A DNA stretch of 64,000 bases from Myxococcota bacterium (GTDB lineage Bacteria; Myxococcota_A; Polyangia; Nannocystales; Nannocystaceae): positions 3,781 through 67,780 of the forward strand of contig JBCCQM010000015.1 in assembly GCA_039024335.1 (NCBI GenBank), given 5' to 3'. Of this stretch, positions 1-9,153 are shown piece by piece. The translations under genes were made by a program, and so were the position numbers. The first letter of the stretch is position 1, and every line of letters begins with the position of its first letter. Under the pieces are notes generated by a model. It ran no database searches and was not told the DNA's origin. It was given only the letters and a program-made list of their open reading frames with translations.

Positions 1-903
1 GTCGTCATCCCTCAAGAGGACGTGCGGGTCGAGGCAGACGCGCTCATGGTCGACCGCGACGCGTTCGGCGTGGTCGAGGCCGGCCGCTGGATTCGGCGCC
101 GCGGCAGCGACGTCATGCGCGACGACGTCGTGCTGCCCGCCGGCCAACGCCTGCGCGCCGGCGACCTGGCCATGGCCGCGTCGACCGGCAACGTCACGCT
201 CCCCGTCCACCGACGCCCCCGCGTGGCGATTGTGTCCACCGGCGACGAGCTCGTCCCGCGCGGCCAGACGCCACCGCCCGGCCGCGTCGTGAGCAGCAAC
301 GACCTGATGCTCACCGCAGCGATCAGGGCGGCCGGCGGGGTCCCGGTCGATCATGGGCACGCGCCCGACGACGCGCAGGGGCTTGCGGCGGTGCTCCGCG
401 GCGCCCTCGAGGCGGACATCGTCGTCACGACCGGAGGCATCTCCGTGGGGGACCACGATCTGGTCGCGGCCACGTTCGCCTCCGAAGGCGTGACGTGGGC
501 CTTTCACGGCATCGCCCTTCGGCCCGGCAAACCGCTGGCGTTCGGACGTCGCGGCAGCGCCTGCGTCTTCGGGCTGCCCGGAAACCCCGCCAGCACGTTC
601 GCGTGCTTCGAGCTCTTCGTCGCGCCCGCCATTCGCCGCCGCCTCGGCGTGCAGCAGGCCGCCCCGCCCACGACCGAGGTCACGCTGCGAACCGCGGCCA
701 AGGGCGCGGGTTCGCGGACGCACTTCGTCCGCGCGCGCCTGCACGACGACGGATCGGCCTCGGTCCTGGACACTCAGACCTCGGGCAACCTGCGCTCGCT
801 GTGCGGCGTCGACTGCATGATCGAGGTCCCGTCGGGCGTCGCGGGCCTGAACGCGGGGGATACTGCGACCGCGTACCCCACCGCGCCACGATGGGGCGCA
901 TGA
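1..903 (+). CDS. moeA: Molybdopterin molybdenumtransferase MoeA, C-terminal part (5' end outside the window)
   Basis: Frame 1 is open from base 1 to TGA 901-903. The translation carries MoeA domain III/IV signatures (VAIVSTGDELV, VVTTGGISVGDHDLV, RPGKPLAFG, GLPGNPAS). Strong G/C third-position bias. Confidence 0.88.
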   Translation, partial: VVIPQEDVRVEADALMVDRDAFGVVEAGRWIRRRGSDVMRDDVVLPAGQRLRAGDLAMAASTGNVTLPVHRRPRVAIVSTGDELVPRGQTPPPGRVVSSNDLMLTAAIRAAGGVPVDHGHAPDDAQGLAAVLRGALEADIVVTTGGISVGDHDLVAATFASEGVTWAFHGIALRPGKPLAFGRRGSACVFGLPGNPASTFACFELFVAPAIRRRLGVQQAAPPTTEVTLRTAAKGAGSRTHFVRARLHDDGSASVLDTQTSGNLRSLCGVDCMIEVPSGVAGLNAGDTATAYPTAPRWGA

Positions 904-1823
904 ACGCCACGCTTCGGCGCGTGTTCGTGGAAGTTGCGACGCCGCGCACGGATACCTTCGTGGCTGCAGCGCTCGGAGTCTCGCGTGCTGAAGCGAAAAC
1001 ATGGTGTCGAGCCGGCCGTGTGCACCGCGACGGTCGTCGTCTGCGCGGCGCCGACCCCCTTCAGCCGGGGGACGCGCTCGACGTATCGGTCCCGGCCACC
1101 GACGAGGCGGCCCCTCCCCTGACGACGCTGCACGTCGGACCCGACTTCGTCTACGTCGCCAAGCCGGCAGGCATCCACACCGTTCGGCTCCGGCACGAAG
1201 ACGCCGCCACGCTCGCCGATGCCGTGGCCGCCGCGCACCCCGAATGCCGAGACCTCGGCCGACCCGGGGAGGCAGGCGCGGTGCACCGCCTCGACCGCGA
1301 GACCTCCGGCGTGGTCGCGTTCGCCCGAAACGCCGCTGCGTACGCGCGCGGTCGCAGCGCGGTGACGGCGGGCGCCTGGAAGCTTTACCTGGCGCGCACA
1401 AAACAGGCTCCCTGGCCGCCGCCCGGCCGCGGCGACGTGCATCCACTCGAGGCAACGCCCCGCTGGCCCGACGTCGAGCACCCCGCCGCGCCCCACCTCG
1501 CCGGCGTCCGCGTGGACGCCTCGCTCGCTCGATCAGGCTCCCGCGGTGAGCGCATGCAGGTCGATCGCGGGGGCCAACCGGCGACGAGCTGGATGTGGCC
1601 GATCGACGACGCCGCACCCGACACCATCGCGGTCCAACTTCGCACGGGCCGTCGCCACCAGATCCGGGTGCACCTCGCATACCTGGGCCGCCCGATTCTC
1701 GGTGATGCCCGCTACGGAACCGGCGCAGAGGCGCCATCTCGCGCGCTGCACCTGCACGCATGGGCCCTTCAGCTGGACCCGCAAACGGCCGTCGTCCACG
1801 CCCCCCTCCCGACGTGGTGGTGA
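891..1823 (+). CDS. RluA-family pseudouridine synthase
   Basis: S4-like N-terminal segment, catalytic-Asp motif HRLDRETSGVV, and RTGRRHQIRVHLAYLG motif. Start is ATG 891 or ATG 900; the latter gives an ATGA overlap with the moeA stop. The longer ORF from 495 overlaps moeA and is Arg/Pro-rich shadow sequence. Confidence 0.85.
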   Translation: MGRMNATLRRVFVEVATPRTDTFVAAALGVSRAEAKTWCRAGRVHRDGRRLRGADPLQPGDALDVSVPATDEAAPPLTTLHVGPDFVYVAKPAGIHTVRLRHEDAATLADAVAAAHPECRDLGRPGEAGAVHRLDRETSGVVAFARNAAAYARGRSAVTAGAWKLYLARTKQAPWPPPGRGDVHPLEATPRWPDVEHPAAPHLAGVRVDASLARSGSRGERMQVDRGGQPATSWMWPIDDAAPDTIAVQLRTGRRHQIRVHLAYLGRPILGDARYGTGAEAPSRALHLHAWALQLDPQTAVVHAPLPTWW

Positions 1824-1862
1824 ACCGCGGCGGCCCTCGCCCCGTGGTATCGTCCCTCTTGG

Positions 1863-2633
1863 ATGCAGATCCGCTACTTCGGCCACACCGACGTTGGACT
1901 CGCGCGCGAGCATAACGAGGACTCGCATCTTGCCGACCCCGACCTGGGCGTGTTCGTCGTCGCGGACGGCGTCGGCGGTCGAGCCAAGGGTGAGGTCGCC
2001 TCGCAAGAAACCGTCGAGCTGATCTGGGAGTGGCTCAAGCGGAACGAAGCCACGATCAAGGAGATCGCGGCCGGGGACGCGACCGCTCGCGTCGGTCAGC
2101 TGACCCAGATCGTTCGCGGGGCGATTCAGAACGCCTGCTACATGATCCACAGCATGGGCGAGCTCGACCCCGAGCAGCGGGGCATGAGCACCACCGCCTC
2201 CTTGTTCTTGGTGTGCGGGAACGTCGGCGTGGTGGGACAGGTCGGAGACTCGCGCGTGTACCTGGTGCGCGAGGGCGAAGTGGCGCAGCTGACCGAGGAT
2301 CACACCCTCATCAACTATCAGCTCAAGCACGGGCTCATCACGCCCGAGCAGGCGCAGACCTCCCGCGCGAAGAACGTCATCACGCGCGCCGTCGGCCACA
2401 AGGACTACGTCGAGGTCGACACGCTCCCGATTCCGCTGTTCGACAAGGACCGCATCATCCTGTGCTCGGACGGCTTTCACGGGTACGCCGAGCGCCCCGG
2501 CGACATGGAGTTCTTCCGCGACATGGACGTCGAAGACGCGGTGCTCGAGGCGGTCCGGTTCGCGAACGACTGCGGCGGCAAAGACAACATCACGGTGCTC
2601 GCCGTCGAGCTTCACGGCGACGCCCAGCCGTAG
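1863..2633 (+). CDS. PP2C-family Ser/Thr protein phosphatase
   Basis: Full-length ORF with PP2C metal-binding motifs (HNEDS, VVADGVGG, LCSDGF, GGKDNITVLAV). Confidence 0.9.
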   Translation: MQIRYFGHTDVGLAREHNEDSHLADPDLGVFVVADGVGGRAKGEVASQETVELIWEWLKRNEATIKEIAAGDATARVGQLTQIVRGAIQNACYMIHSMGELDPEQRGMSTTASLFLVCGNVGVVGQVGDSRVYLVREGEVAQLTEDHTLINYQLKHGLITPEQAQTSRAKNVITRAVGHKDYVEVDTLPIPLFDKDRIILCSDGFHGYAERPGDMEFFRDMDVEDAVLEAVRFANDCGGKDNITVLAVELHGDAQP

Positions 2634-2728
2634 CCGCGCCGTACGGCGCTCCCAACCGCGGAAAAACCCCCGGCGCTGGAGATGGCGCCGAGGGTCTGCC
2701 CCGAAAAACGTGTGAATGGAGACGAGGC

Positions 2729-3592
2729 CTACGCGGCTTCGAGGAACGCCTCCTGCGGCGCGAGGTCGGCGAGCTGGCGGCGAAGCTTGCCTTTGACGCG
2801 CTGCTCGAGCTGACGGACGCGCTCGCGGGAGAGGCCGAGCTGCTCGCCGAGCTGCGAGAGGGTGCGCTTCTGCGCGCTGAGCAGACGCTCGCGGACGATG
2901 ACCTGCTCGCGCTGGTCGAGGCGCGTGAGCGCATCGTCGACCCGCTCGCGGACCAGCGAGCACACCTCGGTGCGGGAGAACGCGGTCTCTTGCGAGGCGT
3001 CCGTGCCCTGGAGGGTCTCCATGATGGAGACGGTGCCATCGCGGTAGGCCTTCGCGTCGAGCGAGAGGTCGCGGCCGTCGATGCGCTGCTCCATGCGACG
3101 GATCCGGTCCTCGCTGCACTGGAACTTCTCGGCCAGCTTGGCGGTGATGTTCTCGCTGCTGCCGGTCCGAGCGAGCAGCTTGGCCTTCTCGCGCTGGAGG
3201 CGGAAGAACAGCTTGCTCTGCATGGGGCCGGTGCCGACGCCGACGAGGCTCCAGTGCTTGAGGATGTACGAGAGCACGTGGGCGCGAACCCAGTACGAGG
3301 CGTACGTCATGAAGCGAAGGCCGCGCTCGGGCTCGAAGCGGCGCACCGCCTGCAGCAGGCCGATGTTGCCCTCGGCGACGAGGTCGCTGAGCTTGAAGCC
3401 GTAGCCGCGGTAGCCGACCGCGATCTTGACGACGAAGCGAAGGTTGCAGCTGACGAGCTTGTCGCCGGCCGCCTTGTCACCGTCGTGGTAGCGCGTGGCG
3501 AGGTCCAGCTCCCCGGCGCGGTCCAGCTTGGGATAGCGCTCAATCGAGCTGAGGTAGTTTTTGAAGCCGTTTTCGGAAGCGAAGTCGAACAT
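2729..3592 (-). CDS. rpoH: RpoH-like (sigma-32 family) RNA polymerase sigma factor
   Basis: Region 2 (DLVAEGNIGLLQAVRRFEPERGLRFMTYASYWVRA), RpoH-box-like QSKLFFRLQ, and region 4.2 HTH (TLSQLGEQLGLSRERVRQLEQRV). ATG at 3592 is preceded by GGAGAA. The ORF-track extension to 3655 has poor codon bias. Confidence 0.85.
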   Translation of the reverse strand: MFDFASENGFKNYLSSIERYPKLDRAGELDLATRYHDGDKAAGDKLVSCNLRFVVKIAVGYRGYGFKLSDLVAEGNIGLLQAVRRFEPERGLRFMTYASYWVRAHVLSYILKHWSLVGVGTGPMQSKLFFRLQREKAKLLARTGSSENITAKLAEKFQCSEDRIRRMEQRIDGRDLSLDAKAYRDGTVSIMETLQGTDASQETAFSRTEVCSLVRERVDDALTRLDQREQVIVRERLLSAQKRTLSQLGEQLGLSRERVRQLEQRVKGKLRRQLADLAPQEAFLEAA

Positions 3593-3903
3593 TTGATTTC
3601 TCCATCGGGGCACGAGAAAGCGCGTGAGCGCGTCTCCCGATGGGAAACCCTGCAACTTCAGCGGAGTCGCGATGCCACCACAAAAGGCACCTGCCCAAGG
3701 GCTTGCGATTCGCCGCCAACCCGCCCTACACGAGTTGGTCCTTGTCGTGAGTCGACACGTTCATGAGCCCCCCGGCGCACTCCGTGTCGTCTGCTTTTCC
3801 GTTATGCCGACCCGCGCCGCGAAGAGCAAGGAAGATGCACGCTCACCCTTCATTTTGGTGAGACCCTCTGCCACCTTGAAGGCGCATCTCCTCCCGTCCC
3901 ACT

Positions 3904-5487
3904 TTGGGGACGCTGTGCTCGATGGCCGACTCCGAACCCGCTGCTGACCGCGACACCGCGCTTCGCTACGAGTCCTCGGTCGCGTTCGGGTGCGCTCTGA
4001 TCGCGCTCGGACTCGCGGCCTCGATGATCTGGGGAACGCGAGACTTCGCGCTCGACGACGCGTGGATTCACCTGGACTACGCCAAGAGCCTGCGGGCCGG
4101 CGACGGGCTCAGCTACAACCCCGGCGATCACGAGACCGGCTTCTCCAGCCCGCTGTGGGTCTTGCTGCTCTCCGTCTGGCCGATCGCCGGCAACCCGGTC
4201 ATCCCCGTGAAGCTGCTCGGGGCACTGCTCCACGCCGTCACCGCCTGGGCCGGCGCCCTGCTCACGCTCGAGCTCGGCCGCGAGCGCGCCGGCGACGAAC
4301 ACCCGTTGCCCCTGGCCTCGATGACCGTGCTCGGCGGCGTCCTGGTGGCGTGCGTTCCGACGTCGGTCCAAGCCGCGACCAGCGGCATGGAGGTCACGCT
4401 CGCGACCGCCGTGCTCCTGACGGGTCTGCGCGAGGTCCTGCGCGGCCGGTGGGCCCCGGCGCTGATCCTCGGCGTCCTTGCGCCCTGGGCTCGACCTGAG
4501 CTGCTCTTCGCGGCCGTGGCGTTCGGCGGCACCATGGCCGCAACGCTGTGGACCCAGCGGCGTGACGACCCGCGCTGGCGCGCAGCGCTAGCGCTCCCGG
4601 CCGGTGCCGCCGTCGGGTTGGGGCTTTGGGTCGCGTACTGCCTCGCGGTCTCGGGCGCGCCTTGGCCCAACGCGCAGTACATCAAGGGCATCGGCGGCGG
4701 TCTCGCGGGTCTAGGCTACCTGCGTGATGAGGTGCTCGTGTGGCAGCCGTGGCTGGTCTCCCTCGGCGGCGCGGGGCTGTTGGCCTTCGCGCTTCGAGAC
4801 GACGCCCGCGCGCGACGAGGCAGCGGCTTCGCGATCGTGCTGGCGTGCGTGGTCACGTGGGTCGCCATCGCGCTCAGCCGCCCCCTGCATCCGGGCGTGC
4901 AGTTCTTCGAGGCCCGCTACTTCGCCATCGTCGCGCCCCTGCCCGTCGTCCTCATCCCGCTTGGAGTCGGCTTGGCGTTCAGGCCCGACCGCGCGCGATG
5001 GGTCCGGTGGCTCGCCCTCGCCGCGCTCGTTCCGGTCGCCGGACTCAGCGGTCTGCAGATCGATCAGCTCCGCGACGCGCTCGTCGAGCACACCGAAGAC
5101 ACCTTCGTGCTTCACACCCAGCCCGCGCAGGTCCTTGCGGAGCGACTGCCCGCCGACGCCGTCGTCGGGGTGGAAGGCGCCGGCGCGCACCGGTTCTTCA
5201 CGCCGCGGACGATGACCATCGTCGACCTCATCGGACTCAACAACGCCGAGGCTGCGCGCGTTCACTTCGACCGACAGGCCAAGCTGTGTACGTTCGTTCG
5301 ACGCGACCTCACCCACCTGCTGGTGCCCCTCGACTGGCTGCCACAGTTTTCTCCCCCGTTCGCGGTTCGCGTGCTCGAGCGCTTCGACGACCCCTCGTAC
5401 TCCCAGGTGCGGCCGGCACACCCGATGTCCGTCGTGCTGGTCGAGGTTGGCGGCGTCGCCCCCGACTGGGCAGCGCGCTGCGGTTGA
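3904..5487 (+). CDS. Polytopic membrane protein, probable GT-C-fold glycosyltransferase
   Basis: About 12 hydrophobic segments. An acidic motif sits right after TM1 (ALDDAWIHLDYAKSL), then GFSSPLW, as in the first extracytoplasmic loop of GT-C enzymes. Alternative start ATG 3922. Family assignment is inference. Confidence 0.65.
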   Translation: MGTLCSMADSEPAADRDTALRYESSVAFGCALIALGLAASMIWGTRDFALDDAWIHLDYAKSLRAGDGLSYNPGDHETGFSSPLWVLLLSVWPIAGNPVIPVKLLGALLHAVTAWAGALLTLELGRERAGDEHPLPLASMTVLGGVLVACVPTSVQAATSGMEVTLATAVLLTGLREVLRGRWAPALILGVLAPWARPELLFAAVAFGGTMAATLWTQRRDDPRWRAALALPAGAAVGLGLWVAYCLAVSGAPWPNAQYIKGIGGGLAGLGYLRDEVLVWQPWLVSLGGAGLLAFALRDDARARRGSGFAIVLACVVTWVAIALSRPLHPGVQFFEARYFAIVAPLPVVLIPLGVGLAFRPDRARWVRWLALAALVPVAGLSGLQIDQLRDALVEHTEDTFVLHTQPAQVLAERLPADAVVGVEGAGAHRFFTPRTMTIVDLIGLNNAEAARVHFDRQAKLCTFVRRDLTHLLVPLDWLPQFSPPFAVRVLERFDDPSYSQVRPAHPMSVVLVEVGGVAPDWAARCG

Positions 5488-5501
5488 GTTAGCGTGCGCC
5501 C

Positions 5502-6005
5502 GTGCTGAACTTCACCCTCGAGCACGAGATCGACTGCAGCGTCGAGCGCTTCTGGACGCTCTTCTTCGACGCCGACTTCACGCAGAAGATGATCTGCGAA
5601 GGCCTCGGCTTCGGCCGGTGCGACGTCGGTGAGACCGTCGACAAGGGCGACCTTCGCGTCCGCCCCATGCAGGTCACGCCCAAGCTCGAGCTGCCCGCCG
5701 CGGTGGCGAAGGTCCTCGGCCCCAAGCTGGGCTACACCGAGGCCGGTACGTACAACGTCCCCAAGGAGCGGTGGCACTACGAGCTGAAGATGAGCGTGCT
5801 GACCGACCGCATCTCGATCTTCGGTGACGTCACGGTCAAGCCGCTGGGCGACGACAAGTGCATTCGCGTCAGCGAGCACGGCGTGAAGATCAAGATCTTC
5901 GGCATCGGGTCGATGGCCGAGCGCGCCGCCGAGGCAAACATGCGCGACGGCTGGGGCAAGTCGGCGGTGTGGATGAACCGCTGGCTCGCGGACAACCCCG
6001 CCTAG
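5502..6005 (+). CDS. SRPBCC/START-like protein (DUF2505-like)
   Basis: 167-aa ORF with good codon bias. Sequence style (MLNFTLEHEIDCSVERFW...) resembles the DUF2505 polyketide-cyclase-like fold family. Confidence 0.7.
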   Translation: MLNFTLEHEIDCSVERFWTLFFDADFTQKMICEGLGFGRCDVGETVDKGDLRVRPMQVTPKLELPAAVAKVLGPKLGYTEAGTYNVPKERWHYELKMSVLTDRISIFGDVTVKPLGDDKCIRVSEHGVKIKIFGIGSMAERAAEANMRDGWGKSAVWMNRWLADNPA

Positions 6006-6075
6006 CGCGACGTGCGCATCGTCGTGGTGCAACCGCGCCCGCACAACGCTGACACCATTTGGTGACACGATCGAT

Positions 6076-6885
6076 GTGCAGCCCCTTGCACACCTAAGGT
6101 CACGCACTAGGCTGTTTGCTGTGGAAACGGCCGCCAACGACGCTCCGCGCCTCCGTGAAGAGCCCTGGGTCCTGGTCAAGCAGACCATGGGCTCCCCACG
6201 GGAGTTCCGCGAAAAGGTGCGCAAACTTCGCACCGCGCTGTTGGAGTACGGTCGGGACGAGAACGTGGTGCCCCGACTCCGCCGCCTGCGACGGCTCGGC
6301 TACATCGACGAAATCCCCAACCGGACCCAGCGAATGGTCGGCGCCATCGACATGCTGCGCTTCTTCATCGTGCCGGCCGCCGCGGACTATTACGAGGGCA
6401 AGGGCATCAACTTTCGCTTCCACACCCTGCTGCGGTTTCTCGACGACCCCGCGTCGCTCATCGACCCCACGGGCTTCAACAGCACCCGCGACGCGATCAT
6501 CGGGCACGTGATGCAGGTCGTCCACGCCAATCCACACTACGATTTCCAGCTGCTGGAGTCGTTCGAGGGCGGCCTCGAAGCGCTCGAACAACAGATCCAC
6601 GCGGTGCTCGACGGCAGCCACCCGCGGGCGGCTTCCATCCGTTCGATCGTCGAAGACACGAACTATCACGCCGACCTGCTCGACCACCTCGCGGAGTACC
6701 GGCGCAACCCCGAGGTCAGCCCGCTGCGTCGAGAGAACATCGAGGGCAAGTTCGAGGACGTCGAGCGCACGTTCGGGACCGTGCCTTCGGCCATGCGCTA
6801 CTTCTCCCGCATGCCCCGGACCGTCCGCACCGGCATCCGGCACCTCGTCCGCGTCCGGGCGTTCCCGACCGACCTCGCCGCCTGA
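6076..6885 (+). CDS. Hypothetical protein
   Basis: Long ORF with strong G/C3 bias from about 6125 onward. The first ~15 codons have weak bias, so the true start may be GTG 6121 or ATG 6187. No recognisable motif. Confidence 0.65.
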   Translation: MQPLAHLRSRTRLFAVETAANDAPRLREEPWVLVKQTMGSPREFREKVRKLRTALLEYGRDENVVPRLRRLRRLGYIDEIPNRTQRMVGAIDMLRFFIVPAAADYYEGKGINFRFHTLLRFLDDPASLIDPTGFNSTRDAIIGHVMQVVHANPHYDFQLLESFEGGLEALEQQIHAVLDGSHPRAASIRSIVEDTNYHADLLDHLAEYRRNPEVSPLRRENIEGKFEDVERTFGTVPSAMRYFSRMPRTVRTGIRHLVRVRAFPTDLAA

Positions 6886-6891
6886 GCCGCG

Positions 6892-7653
6892 CTACTCGAG
6901 CAGCGGATCCACTGCCGGGCACGGGCCCTCGATGTCCAGCGGCGCGCCGTCATCGAGGCTCAGCGTCCCCGCGTCGTAGGTACGACCGAGGTCACCGTTG
7001 TCGATGCTCAGGTCGACCTCGCCCAGCGTCGTACGACCCAGCGGCGTGACCACGGCGACGCTCTCCCGATAGACGAAATCAGCAACCGGCTGCATCTGCA
7101 TCGTGTACTGCACCGCCCGCGCTTCTTCGTCGACCTCCAGGCAGGCGCCTTCGTAGGTCGGAAGGAACAGCATGCCCATCTCGAGGCTGTACACCAGGCC
7201 GGGCAGCTCGAACTCGAAGTCGAACGTGGCGGGAACGTCGAGCAGGAACGACTGCGGGTCGTCGACGAGGTAGGGCGAGAACGTCGCCAGGTTGCTGGCG
7301 TACGTGAACTGCTCGGTGCCGATGAGGTCGTCGAACGGCGGGTCGTCGACCCGCGCAAAGACCTCGACCGTGGCGCTCCCGGTGAAGCCGATCCGGCCCG
7401 AGTCGGCGATCGAGCGGATCTCGGTCCCGCGCGCCTCCCCCTCGGCAACGAACGTGAAGTCCGCTTCGAGGGTGGTGACGACGCGCGCCTGCACGCCGGG
7501 GGCGACCTCGACATAGTCGGTGTCGAGCACGAAGTCTCGCACCACCGGCGCGTCCGCTTCGAAGCTCAACGGGACCCGGTCGGGCTCCGGGTCGTCCTGG
7601 CAGCCAGCAATCCAGGCGTACGCGCCCAACAACAAACCCCGAGTCCAATCCAT
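6892..7653 (-). CDS. Hypothetical lipoprotein
   Basis: Signal peptide with lipobox (AWIAGC). Good codon bias. Co-directional with, and downstream of, the OmpA-family gene. Confidence 0.7.
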   Translation of the reverse strand: MDWTRGLLLGAYAWIAGCQDDPEPDRVPLSFEADAPVVRDFVLDTDYVEVAPGVQARVVTTLEADFTFVAEGEARGTEIRSIADSGRIGFTGSATVEVFARVDDPPFDDLIGTEQFTYASNLATFSPYLVDDPQSFLLDVPATFDFEFELPGLVYSLEMGMLFLPTYEGACLEVDEEARAVQYTMQMQPVADFVYRESVAVVTPLGRTTLGEVDLSIDNGDLGRTYDAGTLSLDDGAPLDIEGPCPAVDPLLE

Positions 7654-7728
7654 GGACCCAGGGTACGGGCAGAACGCCGGGTGCGGCCATGCCCAGCGTC
7701 ACCACGAATGGCGAGGCCTGCCGGGCAC

Positions 7729-9108
7729 TCAGTCGCGACGGCGAACGGCACCGAGCGCGAACAAGGCGAGCAACCCCCACGCCGGCGTTCCGTCGGTCGA
7801 AACCGAGCAGCCCTTGCTCGTGGCGCCGGGCGAGCCCTCCACCGCGGGCGGGGCCTCATCGCCACTGTCGAACGCGGGCGTCTCGTCGCCGGTCTCGCCG
7901 ATCAGGCCCCCGTCGTCGTCGCCACCCTCGGGCAGCGCGTCACCCATGCCGGCGCCCTCGTCCACGGAGCCGCCGGCGTTCTTCGCCTTCCGCTCCTCGC
8001 GGTAGTTCTTCCACTTCTCGGGCAGCTCGGGCAGCACGAAGCCGGCGGGCTGCGAGCGCTCACCGACGAGCTGGGCCCACCGACCGGGGATCTGGCCGCC
8101 GGCGGCGGGCTGCTGAACGCCGAGCAGGTACAGCGCGCGACGGTTGCGGACCTCGTCGACGTTGTCGCCCGTCTCCACCCGGAGGCCGCGCTCGCCCATG
8201 CCGGCGTAGTAGATCTCGGCCCAGAAGCCCCGGTCGCGGAAGTACTCGGCGATCGCTTTGGCCCGGCTCTTCGAGAGCTTCTCGTTGCTGCCCGCCCGGC
8301 CGACCGTGTCGGTGTAGCCGACGATGTACAGCTTTGGCGTCAGGTTGGCGCCGACGGCCTTGTTGACCTTGTCGAGCGCGACGAGCTCGTGGAACGCGAC
8401 CGCGAGGGCCTCGTCGAGCTTGGGCGCTTCGTCCGTCTTGACGTTGAACTTGCCGCTGTCGAAGTTGATCTCGGTGTGCGGGATTTCGACCGCCCACGGC
8501 ACGAGCTTGTACTCGGTGAAGCGCCCGAACTCGTCCTCGCCGCGGACGAAGATCATGAATACCTCGCCGACGGTCGACCACTTGATCGTGAGGTCTTCGC
8601 CAGCCTTCACCCCCTCGGGCACGGTCTGGCTGTCCATCACGTCGCCGTCCGAGTCGTAGATTTTGTACTCGTATGAGGTCAGGTCGAACGTGGGCTGGAA
8701 GATCGCCGTGTTCCGCTCGACCACGTCTTCCCGGCTGCTGCGAACCTTGAACTGACCGAGCTTGCCGCCGCCGGACTTGGCCGCGGCCTTGACGATCTCG
8801 AAGGCGAAGTTGGCTTCGATGCCCTCGCCTGCGACGTCGAGCTGGTACTTGGCGCGGCCGGAGCTCTGCTTCCAGGTCACCTTGTACTGCTGGCCCGACT
8901 TCATCGAGCCGACCTGCTTCTTGATGGTCTTGCCGTCGCCCTGAATGGTGACGACGACATCGTCGAGCGGCTGGTTGGCCTTCACGATGAACATCGCAGT
9001 GCCGCTTCCGTCGGTCTGCCCCGAATACTCGAAGGACATTGGGTCTGCGAACGACAGGAAGGTCGCGAGCGCGACCGAAGCGAAGGTGGATGCGAGCGCC
9101 GTGAACAT
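7729..9108 (-). CDS. OmpA-family peptidoglycan-binding protein with MYXO-CTERM-like C-terminal tail
   Basis: N-terminal signal peptide. OmpA_C-like block (YIVGYTDTVGRAGSNEKLSKSRAKAIAEYF...NRRALYLL). C-terminus is GCSVSTDGTPAWGLLALFALGAVRRRD. Confidence 0.85.
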   Translation of the reverse strand: MFTALASTFASVALATFLSFADPMSFEYSGQTDGSGTAMFIVKANQPLDDVVVTIQGDGKTIKKQVGSMKSGQQYKVTWKQSSGRAKYQLDVAGEGIEANFAFEIVKAAAKSGGGKLGQFKVRSSREDVVERNTAIFQPTFDLTSYEYKIYDSDGDVMDSQTVPEGVKAGEDLTIKWSTVGEVFMIFVRGEDEFGRFTEYKLVPWAVEIPHTEINFDSGKFNVKTDEAPKLDEALAVAFHELVALDKVNKAVGANLTPKLYIVGYTDTVGRAGSNEKLSKSRAKAIAEYFRDRGFWAEIYYAGMGERGLRVETGDNVDEVRNRRALYLLGVQQPAAGGQIPGRWAQLVGERSQPAGFVLPELPEKWKNYREERKAKNAGGSVDEGAGMGDALPEGGDDDGGLIGETGDETPAFDSGDEAPPAVEGSPGATSKGCSVSTDGTPAWGLLALFALGAVRRRD

Positions 9109-9153
9109 GCGGTTCGTCCTCGGGCGAACCGTAGCGTTTCGGCGCGCAGGGGG

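Noticed and set aside
495-890. The N-terminal 132-aa extension of the pseudouridine synthase ORF, and similar upstream extensions of ORFs 20554..22203, 39671..40585, 47485..48513, 49560..51164, 11943..13661, 26891..28051 and 24024..26054.
   Set aside because: The extensions overlap the preceding well-supported genes or intergenic DNA, are Arg/Pro-rich, and are followed by an internal start that yields a proper signal peptide, RBS or stop-start overlap.
2634-2728. A possible terminator or small ORF between the convergent PP2C and sigma-factor genes (short palindrome GCGCCG-ta-CGGCGC).
   Set aside because: The stem is only 6 bp with a 2-nt loop and no U tract. No ORF with acceptable codon bias fits in the gap.
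3870-3908. A sigma-32-like promoter (CTTGAA ... CCCACTTT) upstream of the GT-C membrane-protein gene and next to the RpoH-like sigma factor gene.
   Set aside because: The spacer between the two elements is about 17 nt, longer than the 13-15 nt of the E. coli consensus. Myxobacterial RpoH-like sigma specificities are not known to me. It is a single weak match.
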